From NCBI RefSeq assembly GCF_009834535.1, contig NC_045697.1, positions 17,858,001 through 17,922,000 on the forward strand: a stretch of 64,000 nt of DNA. The letters run 5' to 3'. A program made the translations under genes and the position numbers. Origin of the DNA: Camelus ferus. Lineage: Eukaryota. How positions within the stretch are numbered: position 1 is the stretch's first letter; each line of letters opens with the position of its first letter. This document shows, piece after piece, positions 14,193 through 27,280 of the stretch. The notes beneath the pieces are model-generated. The model made no database searches, was not told the DNA's origin, and worked only from the letters and a program-made list of their open reading frames with translations.

Positions 14193-14338
14193 ACTCCTCC
14201 ATTTAGCGGACCAGTTCTGACATCCCTTTTCCTTCCACATAACACTGGAAGAAGCATGACCGCTGGCATCCAGAAACTAAACGCCCTCTGCCCTGCAATC
14301 TGCAGTCGCCCTTGTGCTCTGTGTTTTCCATATGTCAG

Positions 14339-14394
14339 CATGGACCTGCCAGGCTCCATAGACTTGCCAGGCTCCATGGACCTCCCAGGCTCCA
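14339..14394. repeat. 18-bp tandem repeat, three copies
   Basis: catggacctgccaggctc / catagacttgccaggctc / catggacctcccaggctc. Confidence 0.9.
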
Positions 14395-15339
14395 AAGTCC
14401 ACCTGTTTAGACCAACAATATCTAGCTGACCCTCTCACACTGGCATATTTTTAAGAAATAGATTTGTTTCTTCTGTTTATAAAAGTAATATATACTCATT
14501 GGGGAAAAAAAAGATCAAACACTGGTGAAGTATATAGAAGAAAATCAGATCACCCCCAAAATACACCAGCCAGTGACAGCCACTGTTACCACATTGGTGG
14601 CATCAAAACATCGAAGTGTTTTGTCTATGCAAGTACATGTGTGCTTTTCAATACAAAAAAATAGGAATCATGACATACATATTTTTTCAGCTTTGTTTTT
14701 TCTACTTAATATATTATGGACATCTTTCCCTTTCAATAAATAGATATCTTAAGAACTACCTAAATTCAGGCTAGCCAACCATACTCCTACCCAGCGGTAA
14801 GTGTTACTTAGACTCACTGGAATAGGGTGGAAGTTTCAGGGCTAAAAGACGTGAAGTGTTAAGCAGAGTGCGTAATGTTCCAACCCACTGCCTGAAGCTG
14901 GGATACACAGATTACCAGGTAATGCTGGGCCCAAGTCAGCGAGGCTCAGGGAGTGACTTGGGAGCCAACAACAAGCAGCCTCGTGTCCTGCAGGCTTGAG
15001 GGGTACTGCCCTTACCTCTTGTACTGACCTTCCTCCAGGCTGAGATTGTGAACCTTGGTCAATCCCAATCACGCTTCTCTTCTCTCCCCCAGTTTTCAAA
15101 TAGACACATAGAAAGCAACTCAGCATAACCTCCAACAAAGGAACTATCGAAAAGGAATTCGCAAGTATCACACATTCTCCTCCTTTGCTTAAAATACACA
15201 GTCCATCTTCTGGGAGGTGCATAAGAAATACAGATGTTTGTCCTCATCTGTTCATTTTATCTCCACAAGAAAGAAAAAAATTACAGGGTAAGAGAGTCAT
15301 CAGCCCAGCAACATAAAATCCTTTTGAACAAGTGTTAGA

Positions 15340-16580
15340 TATTCCACTGCCTAATAGAAATTATATCAGAACTTATTTCCTATTGATAGATATTTTAGGT
15401 TATTTCCAAATTTACTAAACAACACTTCAGTGAACATGTTAGATAGATATATTTTGCACTCTTGCCTTGATAGATGTCCTAAGAATATATTCACGAAGGT
15501 GGAATCTGTGGGTTGAAGGGTATATATTTTTCAAGTTGTGATAGCTATTTCCAATCTGCTCTCTAGGAATGTTTTAGTGGTTTGTGTCATTTCAGTTATC
15601 TTGGGCATATACCTAGGAGTGAAATTGGGTCTCATGTGGTAAACCTACGTTTAACTTTTAGAGCAACTGTCAGGTGGTATTTCAGAGCAGCTGAACCATT
15701 TTATATCCCATCAGCAACGTATGAGGGTCCCAGTTCCTCCATACCCTCCTCAACGCTTGTTAGAATCTTTTACTTCAGCTCCCCCACTAGATGTGATGTG
15801 GTATCTCATTGTGGTTATGATTAGCACTTCTTTGGGGACTAATGCTGTGAATATCTTCTCACGTGTTTATTGGCCATTTGTATATCTTCTTTTAAAAAAG
15901 GTTTATTCAAATCCTGTGCCCATTTTTAAATGTGTAATTTTTCTTTTTAATGTTGAGTTATTAAGAGTTCCTTATATATTCTGAATAGTACTAATTCCTT
16001 ATCAGATATATGACTTGAAATAATTTTCTCCCATTCTATGGATTGTCTTTTCACTTTCTTAATAGTGTCCTTTGAAGCCCCAAAGTTGTAAATTTTGATG
16101 AAATCCAATTAATCTATTTTTTCATTGGTTGTTATGCTTTAGATTTCATGTCTAAGAAACCATTGCTTCATCCAAGGTCAAGGACATTCACCCCTATTGG
16201 TCTTATAGTTTAAACTCTTACATTTAGATCTTTGCTCCATTTTGAGTTTTTTTTTTTTGTATATGATATAGTATGAGGCAGGGGTCCAACTTCATTCTTT
16301 TGCATATGGATATCCAGTTGTCCCAGCACTATTAGAAAAGACTAATCTTTTCCCCACTGAATTGTTCTTGGAACTCTTGTCAAAAATTAATTGACCATAA
16401 ATTGGCTTATTCTCAGTTCTGTTCTATTCATCTATATCCTAACCTCATACCAGTGCCACATGGTTTTGATTTAAATAGTTTGTAATAATTTTTGAAATCA
16501 AAAAGGGTAAGTCCTCTAAGTTAGAGTTTTTTAGGGGGAGAATGTTTTGGATATTCTGAGTCCCTTACATTTCCAAATGT
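15340..16580 (-). mobile_element. L1M ORF2/3' fragments
   Basis: Antisense L1: ggggtccaacttcattcttttgcatatggatatccagttgtcccagcac, among others. Confidence 0.8.
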
Positions 16581-16889
16581 GTTTGTCTACTATTAATTTA
16601 AAAAGTACTTTCTATATTAAGAATAGTAATCCTTTATCTATTAAACATCTTACTATTTTCCCTTGTATATTGTTTATTTTTTCTATTCAATAGTTTTAAT
16701 GTTTAATTAATTTAATCCATTAACCTTTCATTCACAGCTTAGGGATTTGGCTATGGCTTTTTGGAATCTTAATCTTTGTTCTGCCTCAGCCTACAATAGT
16801 TATTTAATCCTCCCACCCCGGATCACTATGAAACTCAGACTCCACTGTACCTGTGTCATAGCATTTGTTAGTCTCTTCTTGAGTAAATA

Positions 16890-17410
16890 GTGTGAAAGAC
16901 TGAAAATGCCCAAAAATTTTTGGACACTCCTTCCATCAAGAGATGGGGTCTAAGTCCCCTCCTCTTCAATTCAGGTGGGTTCTGTAACTGTTTTCATCAG
17001 TAGAATATAGCAGAAGCTCACTCTTGCCTGGGCTTAGGCATTAAGAGACTGGAAGCATTCACTTCCTGATCCTTGGAACATTCTCTGGGAGCCCTAAGGT
17101 GCCGTGTAAGTGTGACTACCCTGAGACCGCCATGCTGGACAGGCTCTGTGTGCGAGCCTCCCACAGCTGAGAGTCCCAGCTAAGCCAGTCTTCTAGCCAT
17201 CCCTTCGAAGAAACCAGACAAGCTAGTAAAGACTTTCAGAGCAGTCATCCACAAGCTAAACACCATCAGATGACCCCAGTTCACACTCATGACGTAGAAT
17301 TATCACCCAACTAAGCCATCCTGAATTCATGACCCACAAAATCATGAGACATGATTAAATGGTTGTTGTTTTCATTGTGGCAGTAATGTATTACAAAGAA
17401 ATAGATAAGC
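16890..17410 (+). mobile_element. MLT1F/G-like MaLR LTR
   Basis: tttggacactccttccatcaagagatggggtctaagtcccctcc...gacccacaaaatcatgagacatgattaaatggttgttgtttt. Confidence 0.7.
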
Positions 17411-17839
17411 AGAAATTAGCCTGAGCTAATAGCCACCCGTGTACTGGTAACACAGGTGGAGAAAAAAGGAGCATATAATCCTTAAGAAAAAAGTTTTCCT
17501 TTTTGAAAAGAAGATAAAAAGCAATGGTTGAAAGTCAAATGTGGAAGCTTTTCAAGTTCTGTCCTCTTTGTAGAGTCTGGATGAGAGAGTAAGACTATAT
17601 AAGAGGTGGAGTGGTATAAAAAGGTGAGGCTTTGAGGAAGTCAAATAAGGGTAGTGGCTTATTCCCTTACTTTGGTTAATCTCCCTGGACACTCCTCCCC
17701 CTCCTTAATCGAGGAAGAAGATTCTTCTTAGTCCCCACATTTCTAGTGTGGAAGAGATACCAGGAAAAATAGATGAGGGCTAAATTCTAAAGTGCCCCTT
17801 GTTCGCTTTCAATGCAGAATCTATTTTAAGGCTATTCCA

Positions 17840-18480
17840 ACTGTTGGTGAAAATGTAAAATGATGTAGCTGCTATGGAAACCAGTATGGTGTGGTGGTCG
17901 TTTGTTAGAAAATTAAACATGGAATTACTGTATGATCCAGCAATTCCACTCCTGGGTATATATCCAAAGGACTGAAAGCAGGGTCTCAAGAGGGTGTTTG
18001 TATACCCGTGTTCATAGCAGCATTGTACAAAATAGTCAAAAGGTGGAAGCAATCCAGGGGTCCACTGATGGCTGAATGGGTAAACAACATGTTATGGACA
18101 TATGATGCAAAATCATTCATCCTTAAAAAGGAAGGAAATTCTGACACATATTGCAACATGGATGAGCCTTAGGACATTTTGCTAAATGAAGTAAGCCAGT
18201 CACAAAAAGACAAATACTGTTTGATTCCATTTATGTGAGGTACCTAGAGTAGTCAAATTCATAGAAACAGAAAGTAGAATTGTGATTTCCAGGGGCTTGG
18301 GTGAGGGGGGACGTGGGGAATTGTTTAATGGGTAGAAAATTTTGGTTTTGCATAATGAAAAAATTCCGGAGATTGGTTGCACAGCAGTGTGAATATGCTT
18401 AACTCTACTGAACTGAACACTTGCAAGTGGCTAAGATAGCAAATTTTAGGTTATGTGTATTTTACCACAATTAAAACAAA
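17840..18480 (+). mobile_element. L1MB-like 3' end
   Basis: gatccagcaattccactcctgggtatatatccaaag...ttatgtgtattttaccacaattaaaa. Confidence 0.85.
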
Positions 18481-18900
18481 ACTGCTCTAGATTTTTTTTT
18501 TTTTTTTTTTTTAGTGGAGGCTAGAGGGGGTCTAGATTTTAGGAAAATGACAGGTCTGCTGGAAAGGTTGTATCCTCAGCGGTTCCAAAGATCAATTGCC
18601 TTCATTGTGGAAAGAACTTAAGGGGAATTTGTTTTTTATGGAACGTTGTTTGGAAATTGTGTTTTTTTAGCTCCCAAATTTAACAAATGGACACTATGGG
18701 TAAGTCTTCTTGTAATTTACAGATGTATATGCTTGTATTATCCAACAAAGTGTATGTATAATGTTATAGTACTAATTTGTGATGGCGAGTCTTTACCTAA
18801 TGTTTACATGTGCCAGGCCCTGTGCCTGTTACATCAGTTAGGATAGGTTAGGTTACCCTGTGGCTACAAACAATCCCCAAATCAGTGGGAACTTATTTTA

Positions 18901-19166
18901 TTTTATTTTTTTTTTAGTGTGTTTTTTTATTTTATTTTTTAACATTTTTTATTGATTTATGATCATTTTACAATGTTGTGTCAAATTCCAGTGTTCAGCA
19001 CAATTTTTCAGTCATACATGGATATATACACACTCATTGTCACATTTTTTTCTCTGTGAGCTACCATAACATTTTATGTATATTTCCCTGTGCTATACAG
19101 TATAATCTTGTTTATCTATTCTACAATTTTGAAATCCCAGTCTATCCCTTCCCACCCTCCGCCCCC
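18901..19166 (-). mobile_element. Relatively young 5'-truncated L1 3' end with 18-bp TSD
   Basis: CAGTGGGAACTTATTTTA is duplicated at 18883-18900 and 19167-19184. T-rich tail on the left. Body is an L1 3' UTR in reverse. Confidence 0.88.
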
Positions 19167-19334
19167 CAGTGGGAACTTATTTTAAATAAATTAAAGTTTA
19201 TTTCTCACTCATAATACACAGCTTGGCTGGGGCTTCTCAGCATATCATCATCTTCATCCTAAGACCCAGGCTGACAGAGCTGCCAATATCTGGAACATTA
19301 CCAGTGCCCGGTCAGAAGGAAAAACAAAAGCACA

Positions 19335-19974
19335 TACCCAGAGTTAAGCCTGAAAATTTTGAGGTCACAGCCCCCAGGACTGTCCTCACTTCTAGTATCA
19401 ACTACAGGTTCAAGGGTTCCCCAAACTACCCTCAGGTTTGTAATTCACTGAAGAACTGAGAACTCACTGAGAGCTATTATGCTCAGAGTTACAGTTTATT
19501 ACAGGGAAAAGATACAAATCAAAATCAGTTAGAGGAAGAGACACATAGAGCAGAATCTCGGAAGTTTCCAAACACAAAGCTACACTGCCCTCAGGATGCA
19601 TAACTCTCCTGGCATCAGTGCGCAACAATACACACAGAACAGTGCAGACCAAGACAGCTTACCTGAGCTTCTGTGTCCAGGCTTTTTATTGGGGTTACAG
19701 GACAGATCGAGTGATTGTCCACATGGTTGAACTCAATCTCCAGGTTGAGATAACACATGACCCAAAGCCCCTACCCTGAATCCCATGGTTGGTCTTTCTA
19801 GTGTGGCTTGCCCCGACACTAAAACTGTTGGATATGGCCAGCCCCACTCTAAGATCCAGTGTGGCCAGTCCCTACCCTAACCAAAGACACTTATCAGGCA
19901 TGGCACCGATTACCTTCTAGAAACTGAGGGCAAAGCCAGTCCTTTCTTTGGGCAAGGCCAAGTTCTTTACTACG
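19335..19974 (-). mobile_element. MER21-like LTR
   Basis: Ends ctttgggcaaggccaagttctttactac, the reverse of the recalled MER21 start. Internal gaactcactgagagctattatgctcagagttacagtttattacaggg. Confidence 0.75.
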
Positions 19975-21360
19975 TAGCTTATGTCAAAACACACACTTCC
20001 ACTCAGAAATTAACACCTGGCACTTGCTATCATCACATCTTTGGCTAAATCAAATCACAAGGCCAACCTTAACTTCAAAGAGGGTGGCGACGTACATTCT
20101 TCCCAGAGCTGATTAGGTATAGGTGATTAGAAATCCAGCCTATCATATAAGTATTTTATGTGTATTAATTCATTTAATTTTCTCAACAATCCTCTATTAT
20201 TATCTTCATTTTTCAGATAAAGAATCAGAGCCACAGAGCAGTTAAGTGACACATGCAAAGTTGCACGGATGAGGGCAGAGCTGGGATGCCCGGTTTGAAG
20301 CCCGGGAACTCCATCTCCATAGCTCATGCTCTTGAAGACAACTAAAGTGGAAAAAAATCCCATAGCATCTTTATGTTTTTTCTTTTCTCCATTCAAGTAA
20401 TACTTGACGAGTACTTCTGAAGTACCCCAGCTGCTGGACTACAATGTGCTGAAAATATAATGGCCTAGTGAAGCTGAAGTCTTTCCTGCTTTCTTCTTGG
20501 ACAAAGGAATTTGTGGTGGAAAACAGGAGCTGGAATAAGCAGGCCCCACTCCTCGAACACAGTCAGCACTACCACAGCTACATCAGGCCCATTCTCCCAA
20601 ACTAAGATCAGATCTCACCCACCATGGGAGACCATTCATTCTCTTTTTATGGCAAAGAAGTTAAGTTGAATTTCTGCTACTGAAATCAAAGAATCTTAAT
20701 GCACACATATTCTTCCTCTTTTTAAAGTTCCAATGCCAAAGAAGCCATCATGTGCCCTACATGGGAAGGGGAAAAGGTTTGTATGTAAGAAATGAGAATA
20801 AACCTGAGGAAGGCAAATGAAGCTCTTAGGGGATGATACCAATTTCCTAGGCACCAACTGCTGAAATTATCTCCCCTTCTACCCATACCCAACAGCCAGA
20901 AATTTTTAGAGAAACACGAACAGCAGCAAAAGAAGGAATCAGCCACCAGGATGCATGGAGAGACACCAGCAAATCAAGTATCTTATCTCCACTAAAAAGA
21001 TTTAGTACTAGAAAGCTGCAGTGAAGTCTCATATCTCGAAAATTCATTACAGCCATAAAAAGCACCACCATATTTTCATGAGCTATTAAAACAAACAGTT
21101 AAAAATAAAGCCCATTTGGTATCCAATATCCTTCGCATGATCATATTTTTTCATGTATTTGTGAAGCAACAAAATTTGGTTAACTGCAGTACATCTCCTT
21201 GTAACTCGTTCAGATTTCCCCATTCTCTTTTGCATCCTAAAATAATAAGCTACAAGTTCTCTAGCCATATAAATTACAGAGACATATCACAACAGGAAAT
21301 ACATGCTCTTTGTTTCTCCTCTTCACCTTTCTCAACTTATCTTTTATTTTAACAATTCTT

Positions 21361-21500
21361 TTTTTTTTTTTTGGAAGGGGGAGATAGATAATTAGGTTTG
21401 TTTATTTATTCACTTATTTATTTAATGGAGGTACTGGGGATTGAACCCAGGACCTCATGCATGCTAAGTATGCACTCTACCACTGAGCTATACCTCCCCC
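21361..21500 (-). mobile_element. vic-1-like camelid tRNA-derived SINE with TSD
   Basis: Reverse strand reads GGGGGAGGTATAGCTCAGTGGTAGAGTGCATACTTAGCATGCATGAGGTCCTGGGTTCAATCCCCAGTACCTCC (A and B boxes) plus an A tail. TTTAACAATTCTT is duplicated at 21348-21360 and 21506-21518. Confidence 0.88.
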
Positions 21501-22309
21501 ATTAATTTAACAATTCTTAATTGAAATCTCCACAAATGTTGAGTGGCATGGGCATAGAATAGTATAAAGGGAGGGCAATAACATTTATTTGGAATCTGTT
21601 ACGTGCCCATCTCTTCGTTTGTTATTTTATTTCATTTAATACTAGCTCTAATTTTTAAAGCAAGTATTGTTACCCCTCATTTTTCTGATGGGGAAGCCTC
21701 AAAGAGGGGAAGTCATTTACCCAAGTTTAAATAGCTATAAAATAGCTGTGGTAGACACCGTTGACTGCTCGTGCATGACTATTTCCTTCTTTGTGGGTGG
21801 AACATACTTCTTCTTGAAGAAGCTGAAAATGCTGAGTACACTTTATCTCACACCTCTTTGCTGATAGGACATGAGCTTTGATGCAACCTAGTCAATGGGG
21901 CCCAAGGGAAAGTCTGCTGAGGACTTTGGGGAAAGTTTCCTCCCTGGTTAAAAAATAAAATACACATACACAAGAAGGGTCCTCTTTCCTCCCACTTTTT
22001 GGTTTTGGATAAGGTCTTCTCATGATGTGGTACCTGGAGCTGTCACAGCCTTCTCGAGACTATGAGCACACAAACCTGAAGATGAAGTTGAATCCTCTAG
22101 AACACTTCAAAAATGGCGAAAAGGAAAAGTGGTCCTTAATGAAATTTTTGAATTCCTCATTTAACTTACCCTGGAACCACTATACCTCAGGACTTAGAAC
22201 AGTGCTTGGTGGATATTAGGCACTTAACAAACATCTTTTGAATGAATAAACAAATGATTTTAACTTTTCAAAACTTGTCTTCATAAAAAAGAAATATCTA
22301 GCAAAGCTA

Positions 22310-22835
22310 AATCTTCATCTACCTTCTGACCCAGCAATTCCACTCCTAGGTATATGTAGAAAAATGTTATGTGTCCACAATAAGTATGTGAAAAAGCATT
22401 CATAATAACTCCAAACTGGAAACACCTGAAATGTCCATCAACAGGAGAATGGACAAATAAATGCTGGAATATTCTTGCTTTGGAACACTATACAGCAACA
22501 TAAAAGAACAGACTATTAATGCTCACAATAGCATGGATGAATCTCAGGGACGTAATATGGAGCAAAAGATAACATACATGTGAGTACATATTACTTGATT
22601 CCATTAAATAAAATTCAAAAACAGGAAAAAACTAATCCACAGTGACAGAAATCAGTGGTTACCTCTGGGAAGGGGGAATAATTATCAAAGGTTAGGGGCA
22701 GGAGAGACTCTCTTGAGGTGACTTGAAATGTTCTACATCTTGATCTGAATTGTGGTTACATGGGTTTATACGTGTAAAAATTAAGCTGTACACTTAAAAT
22801 GTATGCACCTTACTGTATAGGTTATATCTTGATTT
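22310..22835 (+). mobile_element. L1ME-like 3' end
   Basis: gacccagcaattccactcctaggtata...gcatggatgaatctca...cagtggttacctctggg. Confidence 0.75.
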
Positions 22836-24832
22836 TTTTTAAAAGGCAAAAAAGTTTTGTTTGTTTTTTTTAAAAGAGATACAAGAAACATTTTTTACTC
22901 AGTCTTTATTTAGGAAAGGTTTTACCTTAAGTGCCTTACAAAATAACCTTCATAATCACACTATCAAGTACACATTGCTCTCTGGCAGATATGAGACTCA
23001 GAGAGATTAAGTTACTTTCCAAGGTCACACAGCTAATCAATGTCAAAGCTAGGATTTGAATACAAATTTATCTGACTCCAAAGCTCATGATTCTTTCTCT
23101 GTGTTATAAACAGGCAGGCAACTGCACAGACAACTTACCAAGGTCATGAAAAGAATTATCACTGTGACCCACGAATACTCTTCCGGAGTGTGCATTTTTC
23201 TATAGAAATTGCCTAAATAGAACAGAAAAGGCTTTATGTACAAAGATAGTCATTGCAGAATTTATAATAGTAAAAAACTGGAAACAACCTAATTATTCAA
23301 CAGCATATAATTAAGCAAATTATAATGCATATATTCAATAAAATATTATGCAGCCATTAAAAATTATGCTCAAGAAAGCTTATGATATAATATTCAATGG
23401 GGTAAAACGGAATAGAAATTGCATTTACTTTAAGAACACAACCATGAAAAACCAGAAAAAATTAAACTTATGCCTATAGAGGGAAAAGCCTGAGGTTGTT
23501 TGCATGTAAAGAACATTAAAAATGTCTGCCTCTGAAGAATGTGATTTGGCAAGGTGGTTGGAGGAGTTGGGGTGCGTGGAGGGTTAGAGAGAGGACAGGA
23601 ACTTTCATTTTTTGCTTTAGAAATTCTGTATATGATTTTTATAATGAATATGCATTTTACAACAAAATTTTAATTCATTAGAACAACCGGAAGGAAATTT
23701 GTACAATATTAACAATGGCTGTCTTTGAATAATGGGGATTTGGGAGATTTTTTTTTTTTAATGTCTTCTTTCACCTTTCTATACTTTTTTAAGATTCCTG
23801 TGATGAGCATACATTTCTTTATATCTGAAGAAAAACCCAAAACTTATTTCAATGAGATGACGCTTTTGAAAGCACTCTGTAATCTGTGAAGCAATTCAAT
23901 TATAAAAGTGATTTCATTACTACTGTAAATACTATGCTGGCAATGCCATTTGTAAAGTCAGAGGGCAGATCCTCTAACTAAATGCCCAAGCACTCAAGTT
24001 TTGTGCAGCTGCCACCTTCCAGAAGGTGGGAGGGAGGCTGGGCAAACCACCCCCGCCCACCCAGAACAATTATAATGCCTAAGAGTTTTTCTGGCAAAAC
24101 CACAGGTGTTAGATTAAAAAAACATTTCCTGGGGCTGAACTTCTCAGCCCAGGCATGTTAGTATCTCCTGAGGGAATTTTTTGATGCCTACTGCAAAGAC
24201 TGGAAATCTTTGTTTAGGGTGAGGCCCAGGCATGGGTGTTTTTAAGATGTTTCCCTGTTAATGCTAATAAGCAGAGTGGAGAAAGATGCCTTCAGGAGCT
24301 GCTGTAGATAAATTCTCCCTGTGGTGTGCTGGGAAGAGTTCTGAAACCCCTCTGGGAACGTTTAACTCTAGCCAAAAAACTGGAAAAATACTGCTTTCTT
24401 CAAGCCAACCTGAGGTTTTTTTGGTTTTTGTTTCTTTAAGAATTTTAATCGCCATGTCTAATTTACAGTTTATAAAGGTCATCAGGGAGCTAAGATAATC
24501 TTATTTGATAATCTCATGGAATTCTGATAATGTATGTAAAGTCCTAACAGGTTTAACTGTCTAGACAATTCTGGGAGGAAAGTAAGGCAAAAACCATTAT
24601 TTACATTTTGCCCAGGAGAGAATGGAGAGGAAAGAGTTCAGAAATTTCCCAAGATTAATTAACAGTAGACTTGAACCCAAGTACCTTCCCCAACCACAAC
24701 ATGCTAGTTTCAAGAACTGGCTTATACTTTTGAGTTGCCAATAATATTACACTAGGACAGATGATTCAGAAAAAGCCTTGTCTTCATCCTTTCCCACTGC
24801 ATCCCCAGGACCTGGAAAGCAAAGTAAACATA

Positions 24833-25372
24833 CAGTCATCCCTTTGGTATCCATGGGAGATTGATGCCAGGACTCACACAGATAGCAAAATCCAAGGATG
24901 CTCAAGTCTTTTATATAAAATGATGCAGTATTTGCATTTAACCTAAGCACATCTTCCCGTATACTTTATTTTTTTAATTGAAGTATAGTCGATTTACAAT
25001 GTTATGTTAATTTCTGGTGTACAGCATAGTGATACATTTATACACACACATATATATATATATTCCTTTTTATATTTTTTTCATTATAGGCATTACAAAG
25101 TATCAAATATAGTTTCCTGTGCTATACAGTAGGACCTTGTTGTTTCTCCCGTATACTTTAAATCATCTCTAGATTACTTATAATATCTAATGCAACGTAA
25201 GTGCTATGTAAATAGTTGTAATGCAATGTAAATATTATGTAAATAGTTGCCAGTGTGCAGCAAATTCAAGTGCTTTGGGGAACTTTCTGGATTTTTTTTC
25301 TCCAAAATATTTTTGGTCCACGGTCGGCTGAATCCAAGGATTCGGAGCCCTGAGATTTGAAGGGGCCGCCTG
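24833..25372. mobile_element. MER2 (Tigger-derived MITE) with TA TSD, interrupted by an L1
   Basis: TA|CAGTCATCCC...GGGCCGCCTG|TA termini. Internal caaaatccaaggatgctcaagtcttttatataaaatg. Confidence 0.85.
24969..25146 (-). mobile_element. Truncated L1 3' end with 14-bp TSD, inside MER2
   Basis: TCCCGTATACTTTA at 24955-24968 and 25147-25160. Insert begins ttttttttaattgaagtatagtcgatttacaatgtt. Confidence 0.85.
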
Positions 25373-25504
25373 TATTGTGTGAACGTATTTTACATGGAAT
25401 TGTGCAACCCAGTAGCACTGCTGAGAGCAGGGCCTGGACATGAGTAAGTTGTATTGAATGAAAGAGTGAATGACTGTATCCTTCCAGATTGCATTATCCC
25501 CATT

Positions 25505-25856
25505 TGTCTTCGTCCTTTCAGACTGCTGTAACAAAACGCCGCAGATTGGGTGGCTTATAAACAGCAGGCATTTATTTCTCATGGTTCTGGAGGCTGGGAA
25601 GTCTGAGGTCAAGGTGCTGGTGCGTCAGTGTCCACTGAAGGCTCAATTCCTGGTTTGTAGATGTAGCCTCACATGGCAGACAAGGTGAGAGGATCTCAGG
25701 GTATCACTTAGCAGGGCGCTATTCCCATTTGTGAGAGCTCTACTCTCGTGATCTGATCACCTCCCAAAGGCCCCACCTCCTAGTACATTTCTATTGATAG
25801 TTAAGATTTTAATATATGTATTTGTGAGGGGGACACAAATATTCAGTCTATAGCTC
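25505..25856 (-). mobile_element. MLT1A-like MaLR LTR
   Basis: tgtcttcgtcctttcagactgctgtaacaaaacgccgcagattgggtggcttataaacagc...attcagtctatagc. Confidence 0.75.
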
Positions 25857-26769
25857 CATTTTACAGAGGAGGTAACTGAGACTCCAAAAGGGAAGGTAAC
25901 ATGCCTGAGGCAATGGAATTTATAAGAAACAGAACTAGAAGGAAGGAGAACTCAGGACAGCCAACCTTGCATTTTTACCCACCATACTAAACTACCAACT
26001 TTTGTAGTATTTAGAGACCAAGCCCTAAGGACAAACCTTTAGAGACAATTTACGTGGCAACTCTTCTCTAGATATCATACAAAGATATTATAATAGGAGG
26101 AATATTGAATAGGAATTGGCAGCAGTGATTTGCTATTAGTGTTTAATTGAAAACAATTCATTTTACTTAAGTCTTACTTCCAAAATCCTTAGTCTGATTA
26201 ATGACAACCTTCTGAAATGATTTTTTAAAAAAATAAAAAAGATGTTGTTCCTGAAAAATTCACATAATATAGTATGTGACAGATCACTGGAGTCATATAT
26301 TTAGATCCACAATTACTAGATACAAATAAAAGAGATCTGGAGAGAAGATATCATACATGCTTTTAATCAGGAAAGAAAAAGATCTCTCTAATCAATGTCT
26401 TGCAAAATCATTAACCAAAGTCCTAAACTGAAGCTCAAACAATTGAAAAATGAAAATGATCCATTTACTCATGACAGGGAGATTGCAGTCTTATAAAAAA
26501 GCTGAATGCATATATGGATGAAAAGGATCGACACTGCCATTTAGTAATTGGCTAAATAATAGTCATAAACAAATGGAAGAAATAACCTAGTTGAGAGCAG
26601 AAGTCAGAATTTTCTCCATCATCTTTAAGAGGTCACAGAATTCCGATGCTTAAATCATTAGTTATATGGAATAGAACTGATAGTTGTAAAAGGCATTACA
26701 ATTCATCCATCCATCATCTATCTGTCCTTTCATTCATCCAGTCATCCATCCACTCATCTATCCACCCAC

Positions 26770-26848
26770 TAAGTTTAACAACATGAAATTGCCATTATTT
26801 GAGCATTTTTGACTTACGAGAAAGGCAATTTCATGTGGTTCAATATAA
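26770..26848. mobile_element. MADE2-like mariner MITE (about 80-bp hairpin)
   Basis: Perfect 13-bp inverted repeat: ACATGAAATTGCC (26781-26793) and GGCAATTTCATGT (26824-26836), with degenerate outer TIR arms. Confidence 0.7.
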
Positions 26849-27280
26849 AACATTCAGTTAATACTTAATTGAACATGCTACCAGATTTGGGGAGTAAGGG
26901 TTGAATAAGAAATACTCCCCATTTCTGCAAATCTCCACTGGGAGAAACACAAACCAACTACTATTTACAAGAAAGTTACGATTGTACAAAGTGCTGTGGG
27001 ATTTTATTGATATACTGTATATGCAGAGAAAGAACATACAGCAAATTGTCAGTAGGAACATGGCTGGTGAGAGTTTATAAAATTATTTTTCCTTTTGTTT
27101 ATTTCTACTCTAAAATTTTTTATTCAATGAACATATGTTATTTTTGTAATTAAACGTTTTTTGAAAATGTTCCATGAAGTTTGCAGAATTGATGGATACT
27201 AGAAGATATGTATAAGATAAAGGATTTAAAGCTAAAAATAGATGAAGCAACCTAGGTAAAATAATAAGTGGGACACTGGA

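Noticed and set aside
14339..14394. Regular repeat considered as a CRISPR array
   Set aside because: Head-to-tail units with no spacers, no cas genes, and a mammalian context.
21425..21500. tRNA-like sequence with A and B boxes
   Set aside because: It has an AT-rich extension, a poly(A) tail and a TSD, so it is a SINE and not a tRNA gene.
26700..26770. Degenerate (TCCA)n tract
   Set aside because: Ordinary decayed simple repeat.
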